A stretch of DNA of 64,000 nucleotides from a virus (Duplodnaviria > Caudoviricetes): IMG/VR virus record IMGVR_UViG_3300028048_000066, positions 32,001 to 96,000 of that record. The stretch is one strand, 5' to 3'. The notes beneath the pieces are model-generated. The model had not been told where the DNA came from, did no database searches, and saw only the letters and a program-made list of their open reading frames with translations. The translations under genes were made by a program, and so were the position numbers. This document shows, in pieces, positions 56,876 through 64,000 of this stretch (position 1 is the first letter of the stretch; every line of letters starts with the position of its first letter).

Positions 56876-57055
56876 ATGGCAAAAAAGAGTTTAGAAACAA
56901 GATTATTAGAGGATGCAAACAGTTTACTCAAAGAAGAGTATGATATTTCCAATGACAATGACAATGCAGAAGTTCTTGTTAAAGAAATGGCACTTTTGAG
57001 AAAACTCATTGAACAAGTTGTATTTATGCTTAAGAAGTATAAGAGTGGTAAATAA
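56876..57055 (+). CDS. Hypothetical protein (59 aa, not in ORF track)
   Basis: GAAAGGAG RBS; MAKKSLETRLL...KSGK*. Confidence 0.6.
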   Translation: MAKKSLETRLLEDANSLLKEEYDISNDNDNAEVLVKEMALLRKLIEQVVFMLKKYKSGK

Positions 57056-57111
57056 TATAAATGACATCTCATACTGTAAAGATGTTATATTATATTAAAG
57101 GATGATGAGAA

Positions 57112-57309
57112 ATGAAAAAGAAATTAAAACCGATGAAGGACTACAAATTAAGTGAAGTCAAAGACATTTGTATTAAACAAAAACAATCAGCACATAGTTG
57201 TGTAGGATGTATGCTAGAAGAGTATTGCGATAAATACTTTGGTTTTTCTTATTCACCATCTATGTGGGATATTGAAGAGGGTAAAAAGGATGGAATTAAC
57301 AACAAATAA
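57112..57309 (+). CDS. Small Cys-rich protein, paralogue of 57588..57842
   Basis: MKDYKLSEVKDIC..C..C....C..P..WD. Confidence 0.65.
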   Translation: MKKKLKPMKDYKLSEVKDICIKQKQSAHSCVGCMLEEYCDKYFGFSYSPSMWDIEEGKKDGINNK

Positions 57310-57601
57310 ATGTAATGGTTGTATATATTACACAAAAATAAATACTTACACAACATCTCCATCTACAACACGAGATGAGTTAGTTGAAAAATATGGTGAA
57401 TATTATACCTGCTCTAAACCTTATACTGTAAGGTGTCCAAGAGAAAGTGGTTGTGTTGTAGAAATACCATCTACATCAATAATCGTAAATAGATGTATTA
57501 TATGTGATAAAACTACTTCTAATGCGGAAGAAATGATTTGTGATGAATGTAAGAATGCAATAAAGAAATTAAAGGAAATGTTAGAGAATGAAAGATTATA
57601 A
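57290..57601 (+). CDS. Cys-rich Zn-binding protein
   Basis: CNGC, CIIC, CDEC. Confidence 0.6.
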   Translation: MELTTNKCNGCIYYTKINTYTTSPSTTRDELVEKYGEYYTCSKPYTVRCPRESGCVVEIPSTSIIVNRCIICDKTTSNAEEMICDECKNAIKKLKEMLENERL

Positions 57602-57842
57602 GTTAAGTGAAATTAAACAAATTTGTACAGACCAGGTAAGTTGCGAAATGTGTCCTATTAGTAAATTATGTGATGGTTGTTTTTATGATACGATAAGACT
57701 TCCTTGGCAGTGGGATTTAACTGAATTAGATAGAGAAGAAGAAACTTTTTATACAACATCAGCATCAACATCGGATGAACCATTAGTAGTAGAAGTAAAA
57801 ACTCCAGATGAATTTATTATCTATAATGAGAAAGGAGAATAA
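57588..57842 (+). CDS. Small Cys-rich protein, paralogue of 57112..57309
   Basis: MKDYKLSEIKQIC..C..C....C..PWQWD. Confidence 0.65.
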   Translation: MKDYKLSEIKQICTDQVSCEMCPISKLCDGCFYDTIRLPWQWDLTELDREEETFYTTSASTSDEPLVVEVKTPDEFIIYNEKGE

Positions 57843-57844
57843 AT

Positions 57845-58165
57845 ATGGATATTAAACAAAAAAGAATAGCAGTTAGTTATGATGATATATTAAAGTTTAA
57901 AGCAAATGTAACAGTAGAACAAGTTACAGAAGGACTTATATCTCAACTTGCTCGTCAGTTTGACAATGCTATTTTCTATACCAGTTTTGAGTATATTAAG
58001 AATCAAATAACAAAACTAGAAAAGAAAAAACCAATTACTAAAAAAGGAAAAATAAAAAAAGAGACTGCTTTGGTAGGTTTAAACACAGCCAGATTTACAA
58101 TGGAGTACTATATTAGCGTAAACAAGGATTATTTTGAACTAATAAATAGTAACGAGAAACTTTAA
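57845..58165 (+). CDS. Hypothetical protein
   Basis: GAAAGGAG RBS. Confidence 0.6.
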   Translation: MDIKQKRIAVSYDDILKFKANVTVEQVTEGLISQLARQFDNAIFYTSFEYIKNQITKLEKKKPITKKGKIKKETALVGLNTARFTMEYYISVNKDYFELINSNEKL

Positions 58166-58190
58166 TAAGAATAAGTGAGGTGGAATAAAT

Positions 58191-58322
58191 ATGGATAAGA
58201 TATTATATATTTGTTTAGGTATTCTTGCTATATCAACTATTTTAATGACAATCATTGACCTTGCTATATATAAAGTTAAACTAAAAATTAAGATGGAGAA
58301 AGAAAATGATAACAATAACTAA
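58191..58322 (+). CDS. Small membrane protein (43 aa, not in ORF track)
   Basis: GAGGTG RBS; ILYICLGILAISTILMTII. Confidence 0.55.
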   Translation: MDKILYICLGILAISTILMTIIDLAIYKVKLKIKMEKENDNNN

Positions 58323-58578
58323 TAAAGAATTAGGTGAAGAAATTAGATATATAATTTTAGAGTTTGTAAACAAAGCAGGTGGACAAACAAAATATGTTGA
58401 AGAACTTTGTGATATATTAGATGAAAGATTGGTAGAATTAGACATATTAAAAGAAAAAGTTTTATTAGATTTCGTAAATTATTTAAACAAATCATTGAAA
58501 GGAAACATTGATGAGACAGTAAATATTATGTGGATAAGTTCACAATTAACTAATTATTTAAGGGAGAATGATTTATGA
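58306..58578 (+). CDS. Hypothetical protein
   Basis: Coupled ORF. Confidence 0.55.
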   Translation: MITITNKELGEEIRYIILEFVNKAGGQTKYVEELCDILDERLVELDILKEKVLLDFVNYLNKSLKGNIDETVNIMWISSQLTNYLRENDL

Positions 58579-58862
58579 TAAGTAAAGAAGCAATGAATGA
58601 ATTAGGAATAACTATAAATAAAAAATATAAATATAGAAAAATTCCAAGTAATATCCATAAAATGTATAGCACTATCTGTAGAAGATTGATAGCATTCAAT
58701 TATATAAAGAAATTAACTGATGTAAGTTTTGTAGAAACGCCTGATGGTGAATATATTATGTTGATAAACAATATGGATAGTCCAATTACAATTAAGACTA
58801 AGTTTGAATATGAATTGTTAAAAGAAGCATTTGAAGAAGAGGATAAAGAAGATGACAAATAG
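58575..58862 (+). CDS. MxSKEA-family small protein
   Basis: MISKEAM..IKK..EYELLKEAF. Confidence 0.6.
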   Translation: MISKEAMNELGITINKKYKYRKIPSNIHKMYSTICRRLIAFNYIKKLTDVSFVETPDGEYIMLINNMDSPITIKTKFEYELLKEAFEEEDKEDDK

Positions 58863-59133
58863 AGAAAATAAAAGACCATTAACTAAAACAGAAGATAAAA
58901 AACTTAAGCAATTTGAGATGGAAAAGGAAAAAATTGAGTTTTCAATTAAAAGAGCATTAGAAATAATTAGAGAAACAGATAGTGAAAACCAAATGGATGA
59001 AGCAGCATCATTTATAATGTCAAAATTACCAGAGTTTGTGAAAGTAAGTAAACAAGCAAATGTATTACAACTTAAGGTAGATAAATTTTTAAGAGAAAAA
59101 CACAATGAATGGTTAAGAAAAATAGGAGAATAA
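58852..59133 (+). CDS. Hypothetical protein
   Basis: Starts MTNRE, overlapping the upstream stop. Confidence 0.55.
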   Translation: MTNRENKRPLTKTEDKKLKQFEMEKEKIEFSIKRALEIIRETDSENQMDEAASFIMSKLPEFVKVSKQANVLQLKVDKFLREKHNEWLRKIGE

Positions 59134-59135
59134 AA

Positions 59136-59357
59136 ATGACAAATAGAGAATGGTTAAACACTTTAACAGATGAAGAATTTGCAGAATGGTGTATAGTAGA
59201 CCACTTCTACAGATTTAAGCAAATAGAGGGAACACTAGAATCTGGTGAAAAAGTTATTATTGATGTTCCAGAGCAAGAAACATTAAGAGAAATCGCATCA
59301 AGTAATACATCTTCTCTAGGTGGTGTATTAACTTGGTTAAAGAAGGAGAGATATTAA
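59136..59357 (+). CDS. Hypothetical protein
   Basis: MTNREWLNTLTDEEFAEW..WLK; AGGAG RBS. Confidence 0.6.
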   Translation: MTNREWLNTLTDEEFAEWCIVDHFYRFKQIEGTLESGEKVIIDVPEQETLREIASSNTSSLGGVLTWLKKERY

Positions 59358-59358
59358 A

Positions 59359-59670
59359 ATGACAGATAAAGAAGCGTTTGATAATATAGTATTTCAAAGA
59401 AGAGGTAGTAATATGCATCTAGGGGATATTTATAAAGATGATATTGCTCAAGTATACAATGCTCTGGAGATATTACAAATTATAAAGGAACATTTGCATA
59501 TTTATGAAAACGATGCTTTTGCTTTTGCCGATGCTTTTGCAATGTATTGGGGTGCGGGTAGTAGTGATTCTGAATATAAAAAATATAATGAAGAAGAGTA
59601 TAGGAAAAAAGAAAGAGTAAAAGAATGGTGGAAAGGATGGTATTATCCTAATTACAGAAAAGGAGAATAA
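59359..59670 (+). CDS. MxSKEA-family small protein
   Basis: MTDKEAF..LEILQIIKEH..VKEW. Confidence 0.6.
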   Translation: MTDKEAFDNIVFQRRGSNMHLGDIYKDDIAQVYNALEILQIIKEHLHIYENDAFAFADAFAMYWGAGSSDSEYKKYNEEEYRKKERVKEWWKGWYYPNYRKGE

Positions 59671-59672
59671 AA

Positions 59673-60065
59673 ATGAAGTACATTAAGAAACCAGTAGAAA
59701 TAGAAGCAATACAATACAATGGAGATAACCTACAAGAATGTATTAACTTTCTTGATTATGCCAACTATTATACAGCGTGGAATGGAGATGGCGAAAGAAC
59801 ATTATTTATTAAAACTCTTGAAGGAGATATGAAGGTATCTTTAGGTGATTATATTATCAAAGGTGTTAAAGGAGAATACTATCCTTGTAAACCTGATATT
59901 TTTGAAGAATCATATAATAATGCAGATGAGGAAAAATGTGTTGGAGATGTTAGACCAGAAGATATTCCTTATGATGAATATATGAAAATTGTTAGAGAGA
60001 ACGCTGAATTAAAAGAAACTATTATTAAATTAGTTAAAAAAATTAAATGGGTGTTTATTTTTTGA
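59673..60065 (+). CDS. PGDYG-like phage protein with fused duplicated tail
   Basis: KKPVEIEAIQ..IKTLEG..GDYIIKGVKGEYYPCKPDIFE. Confidence 0.75.
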   Translation: MKYIKKPVEIEAIQYNGDNLQECINFLDYANYYTAWNGDGERTLFIKTLEGDMKVSLGDYIIKGVKGEYYPCKPDIFEESYNNADEEKCVGDVRPEDIPYDEYMKIVRENAELKETIIKLVKKIKWVFIF

Positions 60066-60068
60066 TTA
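59923..60068 (+). repeat. ~145-bp duplicated segment, copy 2
   Basis: Copy of 53960-54104 with a 1-nt insertion near the end. Confidence 0.92.
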
Positions 60069-60080
60069 GGGAGTTTGAAT

Positions 60081-60224
60081 ATGAAAAAGGGTAAGAAACT
60101 AATTAGGACAAATATGAATATCCATAATAATATGTTTCGTATTACTGTAAAATATGGTAAGCAAATATTTAAGTGTTTTTTTGATAGAGAAGTATTTAAC
60201 TGCTATAAAATGGTGAGAAAATAA
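60081..60224 (+). CDS. Small basic ORF (47 aa), possibly truncated
   Basis: GGGAG RBS; frame stays open for 18 codons after the TAA. Confidence 0.4.
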   Translation: MKKGKKLIRTNMNIHNNMFRITVKYGKQIFKCFFDREVFNCYKMVRK

Positions 60225-60277
60225 AATAGAAACTTTAATAAGATAGATGTTTATTTTTTGATTAAGGAGAAAGAGAT

Positions 60278-60862
60278 ATGAAAATTGATAAAACAAAATT
60301 AAAAATAGGATTGTGGTATGAAGACAAAGATGGAAATGTTGTGAACTATCCAGAGGATGAAGTTACATCTGAAAGAATTAAAGAATTAGGAATAGATACT
60401 TACCACACAAGTTATCCATTAGAAATTACACATACAATAAACAAGTTTTATGATAACAAAGATACTTGCAAACACCCATTAAAATATCGTAAAAGAACAG
60501 GTGGGTGGATTAAAGGCATTAAAGGTTGTAAATGCACTAAATGTGGTAAAGAGAAAGTAGGTAAATCTTATGTACCATTTGTGTTTATGAAATGGGAAGA
60601 TGGTGCTGATAGTTTTAAATTGTTGACAGGACATACTCATCTTGGTAAGGGTAGTGAAGAGTTGATACTAGCAATGGTAAATAGTGGAGATTATACATTA
60701 AGTGAAGCAATGTGTATTCTTGGCAATTGCTGTGAAAGATGTCTAAATGTTTTGTCATATAAATATTTAGATGGAAAAGATGGGTATCCTGAATATTCAG
60801 AAGAGTGGAAGAAAACAAATACATCTTGTGAATTTTGTGAAGGAGAAGAAAATGACAAGTAA
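60278..60862 (+). CDS. Cys-rich hypothetical protein
   Basis: CKH..CTKCG, CERC, CEFC; AAGGAG RBS. Confidence 0.65.
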   Translation: MKIDKTKLKIGLWYEDKDGNVVNYPEDEVTSERIKELGIDTYHTSYPLEITHTINKFYDNKDTCKHPLKYRKRTGGWIKGIKGCKCTKCGKEKVGKSYVPFVFMKWEDGADSFKLLTGHTHLGKGSEELILAMVNSGDYTLSEAMCILGNCCERCLNVLSYKYLDGKDGYPEYSEEWKKTNTSCEFCEGEENDK

Positions 60863-61154
60863 AGAAGCATTATGCGAAATATTAAAAAGAACAGATAAAA
60901 AAGAAAGCGAATACACAACTAAATGTGCAGAGATTATTGTTAGAGATTTAGAAATATTAGATATTATTAAATCACACATTATCAATAAAACTTTTATTAT
61001 GGGTAGCGATTATGATGATTATAATATAATTCAATTTGAAGTGGCTATAAAAGAATTAAAACCATATATTAAAGAAGATATAAAATGTGTGCCTATAACA
61101 GTTGCTAATAATTCTTTTACTTTGATAAAGGAATGGTTGGATAATGACAAGTAA
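60852..61154 (+). CDS. MxSKEA-family small protein
   Basis: MTSKEAL..DLEILDIIKSH..LIKEWL. Confidence 0.6.
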   Translation: MTSKEALCEILKRTDKKESEYTTKCAEIIVRDLEILDIIKSHIINKTFIMGSDYDDYNIIQFEVAIKELKPYIKEDIKCVPITVANNSFTLIKEWLDNDK

Positions 61155-61422
61155 AGAATATTTATTTAAAGTAGGAGATAAAGTAGTATTAAAAGAAAAT
61201 TTGCTTATAGTTGAAATTGTAAAACTAGGTAAGAAAAATGAATATGAAGTACTTTATCCGCATCTTAGAGAAAAAAATACCTTTTGGGTTAAAGAAAATG
61301 AATTACAAGAAAAGCCATATGATTATAATGAAAAAATATTTATGGCATATATAGAATATCGTGTTAAATATTATGATTTATTAAAAAGATTGTATAGTCC
61401 AAGTGTAAGAGATAGATATTAA
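61144..61422 (+). CDS. SH3/KOW-like small protein
   Basis: FKVGDKV..YEV..WVKENEL. Confidence 0.55.
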   Translation: MTSKEYLFKVGDKVVLKENLLIVEIVKLGKKNEYEVLYPHLREKNTFWVKENELQEKPYDYNEKIFMAYIEYRVKYYDLLKRLYSPSVRDRY

Positions 61423-61432
61423 GGAGAGAAAA

Positions 61433-61621
61433 ATGGCAACTAATTTAACATTAATTAATAAAGATTTACAAGAATCAAAGAACACAATTTTTATTAAAGT
61501 TGATAAAACAGACTTCCAATCATTAGGAAGAATATTAAATGAAATAGGATGGGAAAACATATTACAAATAATTCCATCGGTTGAATTCAATACTACTTTA
61601 TATACAATTATTCACACATAG
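61433..61621 (+). CDS. Hypothetical protein
   Basis: AAGGAG RBS. Confidence 0.55.
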   Translation: MATNLTLINKDLQESKNTIFIKVDKTDFQSLGRILNEIGWENILQIIPSVEFNTTLYTIIHT

Positions 61622-61667
61622 ATAAATAGTAAATTAAAAATAGATAATAACATAAGGAGAAATAAAA

Positions 61668-61904
61668 ATGTTAAGAATAGATAATTATATATTGATTGGA
61701 AAAGATGATATGCCTGATGAATTAAGAGAAAAGCAATCATTTACAATAATGATAGATGAAAATATGTTTAGAACAGCGTATTCTTTTGGTGAAGAGTGTT
61801 GTAAAGATATGTTTGGAGAAAAAATAAAAAGAGAGATAATCAAACGAGTTAATGAAGCACTTGAAAATAGTGAGTATATTAGAGATTTAATGAAGGAGGA
61901 ATAA
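61668..61904 (+). CDS. Hypothetical protein
   Basis: AAGGAG RBS. Confidence 0.55.
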   Translation: MLRIDNYILIGKDDMPDELREKQSFTIMIDENMFRTAYSFGEECCKDMFGEKIKREIIKRVNEALENSEYIRDLMKEE

Positions 61905-61906
61905 AA

Positions 61907-62206
61907 ATGAATAGTAAAGACAGATTACAAAAGGTGACTAACCTATTACTAGAAAACAACTTATATGATTTAAGAGTTGAAAGTTCATTAACATCTATAA
62001 GAGAAGATTTAGAAGTATTAAACATTATAAAAAAGTTCTTCTTTGTTGAAGCATATTCAAACAAAAGACTAAATGCAGACTTTTGTAAGATAACTTCAAT
62101 AGAAGATAAAGAAGCAAATATAGACAACTCTGCATTATCTTTTATTGATGGAGATTCATTAAAAATATTAAAGAAGTGGTTAAGGAGAGTAAAGAATGAC
62201 AAGTAA
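61907..62206 (+). CDS. MxSKEA-family small protein
   Basis: MNSKDRL..DLEVLNIIKK..ILKKWL. Confidence 0.6.
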   Translation: MNSKDRLQKVTNLLLENNLYDLRVESSLTSIREDLEVLNIIKKFFFVEAYSNKRLNADFCKITSIEDKEANIDNSALSFIDGDSLKILKKWLRRVKNDK

Positions 62207-62369
62207 AGAATACGAAAACATTATAGAACAACAAAAGGAAATAATTAAACAGCAGAAATGGATAATTGATATTCTTACAACTAAAATTATTGTGGTAAAC
62301 AATGTAAAAATACCAGATGAATTGATTAAAGATACATTAGAAAACCCAATTAAGTTTAATATAGGTTAA
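62196..62369 (+). CDS. Hypothetical protein (57 aa, not in ORF track)
   Basis: AAGGAG RBS; starts MTSKEY. Confidence 0.55.
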   Translation: MTSKEYENIIEQQKEIIKQQKWIIDILTTKIIVVNNVKIPDELIKDTLENPIKFNIG

Positions 62370-62382
62370 AAAGGAGAATAAA

Positions 62383-62604
62383 ATGAAACCAATATTAGTA
62401 GTAGTTAAAGAAAATAATAAGAAAATAGAATTAACACCTGTGGAATTAAAAAATATGCTTGATAAAGCATATGAGCAGGGGTATAATGATGGTGCTAATG
62501 AAAATCGTATAGTAATTTCAAATGCACCACATACACCAACTCCACAAGTATTTTATGATAGTTCTGGAAATCCTTATCAATATTGTGCTACACCAACAAT
62601 TTAA
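62383..62604 (+). CDS. Hypothetical protein
   Basis: AAGGAG RBS; AYEQGYNDG. Confidence 0.6.
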   Translation: MKPILVVVKENNKKIELTPVELKNMLDKAYEQGYNDGANENRIVISNAPHTPTPQVFYDSSGNPYQYCATPTI

Positions 62605-62626
62605 GATGAGAAAAAGTAAAAAACCA

Positions 62627-62655
62627 TTGACTTTCTTTTAAAAAAGTTGTATAAT
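62627..62655 (+). promoter_or_regulatory. sigmaA promoter
   Basis: TTGACT-N17-TATAAT. Confidence 0.8.
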
Positions 62656-62686
62656 ATTAAGTGGTAGTAAAAATAAGGAGATTTAT

Positions 62687-62962
62687 ATGGTAGGATATTT
62701 AATTTTATCGGTTTATGATGGTGGATACAATTGGACAATAAAAAGTTCATTAGGTGATTATACTGCTGATACATATGATAGCACCAAAGTTCCACCTGTA
62801 ATCAAAGATATTGTAGATGAAGTTGTATTGGGTAGAAACTATGTTCCAATCGGTAGTTCTGCAAAAGATATTTTAGAAGTATTTGGAATCTATTTTGATT
62901 TGATTATGCTTTGTGAAGATGGTGATATTAAAATTATCAAAGATGAGATGGGGGTATTCTAA
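62687..62962 (+). CDS. Hypothetical protein
   Basis: AAGGAG RBS. Confidence 0.6.
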   Translation: MVGYLILSVYDGGYNWTIKSSLGDYTADTYDSTKVPPVIKDIVDEVVLGRNYVPIGSSAKDILEVFGIYFDLIMLCEDGDIKIIKDEMGVF

Positions 62963-63210
62963 TGGTAGACATAGATAAAGTAAGATGTAAAATTAGAACA
63001 ATGCAGGAAATCACAAGACAAAACTATGTTGCAAAGAGAAAAGAGTTTGAAGAATATAAAGTAAATCAAGAAGATAAAGATGACTTTGTAAAGTATGTTC
63101 AAATTGGTTGTGATGCAGCAGCACTTTGTGGTGAAGTATTAGCATATGAAGAAGTGCTAAGAGAGATTAACTTATTTATATTAGGAGATATGACAGCAAA
63201 TGAACAATAA
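62962..63210 (+). CDS. Hypothetical protein
   Basis: TAATG coupling. Confidence 0.55.
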   Translation: MVDIDKVRCKIRTMQEITRQNYVAKRKEFEEYKVNQEDKDDFVKYVQIGCDAAALCGEVLAYEEVLREINLFILGDMTANEQ

Positions 63211-63490
63211 ATTTATAAGATTACGCATATTAAAACTTCCTGAGATTGAAGAAGAAATAGAAGAAGAAGAATCTGTAGTAGGTTTTAGTGATAAACAAAA
63301 GAGCAAACCAAAGAAGAAAAGGAAACATAAGAAGGCAGAAGCAGAGGTCATACCAATTATTTTACCGATAGATTGCATCACAGGTGTAGCATTGGTAGAT
63401 AATAAAGTGTGGTTAGATACATTAGATAATAAAACTTTTCAATTAGTAGATGATTTCAATTACATAGCAAAAAGATTAAAAGCAAAATAA
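63200..63490 (+). CDS. Hypothetical protein with acidic/basic insert
   Basis: AGGAG RBS. Confidence 0.55.
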   Translation: MNNKFIRLRILKLPEIEEEIEEEESVVGFSDKQKSKPKKKRKHKKAEAEVIPIILPIDCITGVALVDNKVWLDTLDNKTFQLVDDFNYIAKRLKAK

Positions 63491-63514
63491 GATGGACCAC
63501 AAATCCATCTTTTT
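63489..63514 (+). terminator. Rho-independent terminator
   Basis: AAGATGGA / TCCATCTT plus T run. Confidence 0.8.
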
Positions 63515-63553
63515 CAATTTTTGCAATTTCTTGTATACAAGGTTTAAATATAT

Positions 63554-63564
63554 TGCTAAATTAA
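63554..63564 (+). promoter_or_regulatory. TGCTAAATTAA motif, putative late promoter
   Basis: Lies after a terminator and before a probable virion gene; followed by a TGAGTT/AACTCA leader hairpin. Confidence 0.6.
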
Positions 63565-63628
63565 ATGATTAAGTGAGTTATACTTAAACTCATTAAAAAC
63601 AAAGTATAAAAGGAGAATAAAAATCGTA

Positions 63629-64000
63629 ATGGGTAAAATCAAAAGTATTTTAAATGAAGATTGTGACAATGGACAAGAAGAAGTCCTAGAACAAGCATTA
63701 GAGCAAGAAGAAAAATCCAAGAAAGAAATGGAAAAGGTTATGAAGGACAGAAGTAAAGATGCTGACCAAAAAGAACCTAAAGCACCAAAGACAAACGAGA
63801 TGGGATTAGTAGAGAGTTTATTAGAAGGAACTCAATATGAACTCAAGGAAGATGTTTATAGTTTGGATGTTAAAGACAGAAAAGAACTTGGTGGAATCAT
63901 TTCTAAATTAAAAGAGAATAAAATCAATTTCAAGATTTCAAGAAGTGTTAAAGAAGGTTTTAGATATACATTAAGTGTTAAGAAGTTAAATGAATCACAA
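63629..64000 (+). CDS. Probable internal head (virion) protein, 3'-truncated
   Basis: Open to window end; multiple LxE/VxE motifs (LNE, LVE, LLE, LKE, VKE, LNES) like T4-type prohead protease sites. Confidence 0.5.
   Translation, partial: MGKIKSILNEDCDNGQEEVLEQALEQEEKSKKEMEKVMKDRSKDADQKEPKAPKTNEMGLVESLLEGTQYELKEDVYSLDVKDRKELGGIISKLKENKINFKISRSVKEGFRYTLSVKKLNESQ

Noticed and set aside
59673-59925. Assignment as a known anti-CBASS/Thoeris sponge (Tad1/Tad2/Acb2)
   Set aside because: Sequence does not match the motifs of those families as I know them; left as PGDYG-like.
53960-60068. Diversity-generating retroelement TR/VR pair
   Set aside because: Differences are not restricted to adenines, both copies are coding, and no RT is present.
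1074-63381. All minus-strand ORFs in the track
   Set aside because: Short, antisense to well-supported + strand genes, no RBS or family motifs, and with the I/L/S/F-rich composition expected for antisense of AT-rich coding DNA.
1-64000. Stop-codon reassignment (TAG or TGA) as in some gut or Mycoplasma phages
   Set aside because: Long genes are uninterrupted in code 11, and TAG and TGA both terminate genes at sensible junctions.

Overview
A 64-kb segment of a large, AT-rich (roughly 30% GC by eye) tailed dsDNA phage, probably a contractile-tailed myovirus of an anaerobic low-GC Firmicute-type host. Host evidence: sigmaA-type TTGACA-N17-TATAAT promoters, GAAAGGAG/GAGGTG ribosome-binding sites, an anaerobic RNR and the standard genetic code. 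All credible genes lie on the + strand. Layout: (1) 1-6.7 kb, end of the baseplate/tail-fibre module. (2) 6.8-43.8 kb, DNA metabolism: SNF2 helicase, NrdH/NrdD/NrdG, sigma-like and initiator-like proteins, DnaC, DnaB, DnaG, SSB, family-A polymerase, beta clamp, RecU, RecA, a DnaX/HolB/HolA-like clamp loader, SbcCD, a degenerate peptide deformylase and TopA. (3) 43.8-63.5 kb, an accessory region of many small genes with paralogue families and shared junction sequences. (4) The start of a probable late/internal head protein gene. The most notable undescribed element is a non-coding island at 47.5-48.45 kb. It holds two separately promoted and terminated small-RNA candidates, each displaying an anti-Shine-Dalgarno-like sequence in an unpaired loop. 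One follows a sigmaA promoter and has pseudoknot-type pairing; the other follows a recurrent TGCTAAATTAA motif, a putative phage late promoter. Other notable points: a bacterial-type clamp/clamp-loader paired with PolA, an apparently catalytically dead PDF, cassette-like junction repeats, and apparent avoidance of GATC/AGCT/CATG. All calls come from reading motifs by eye; no searches were run.
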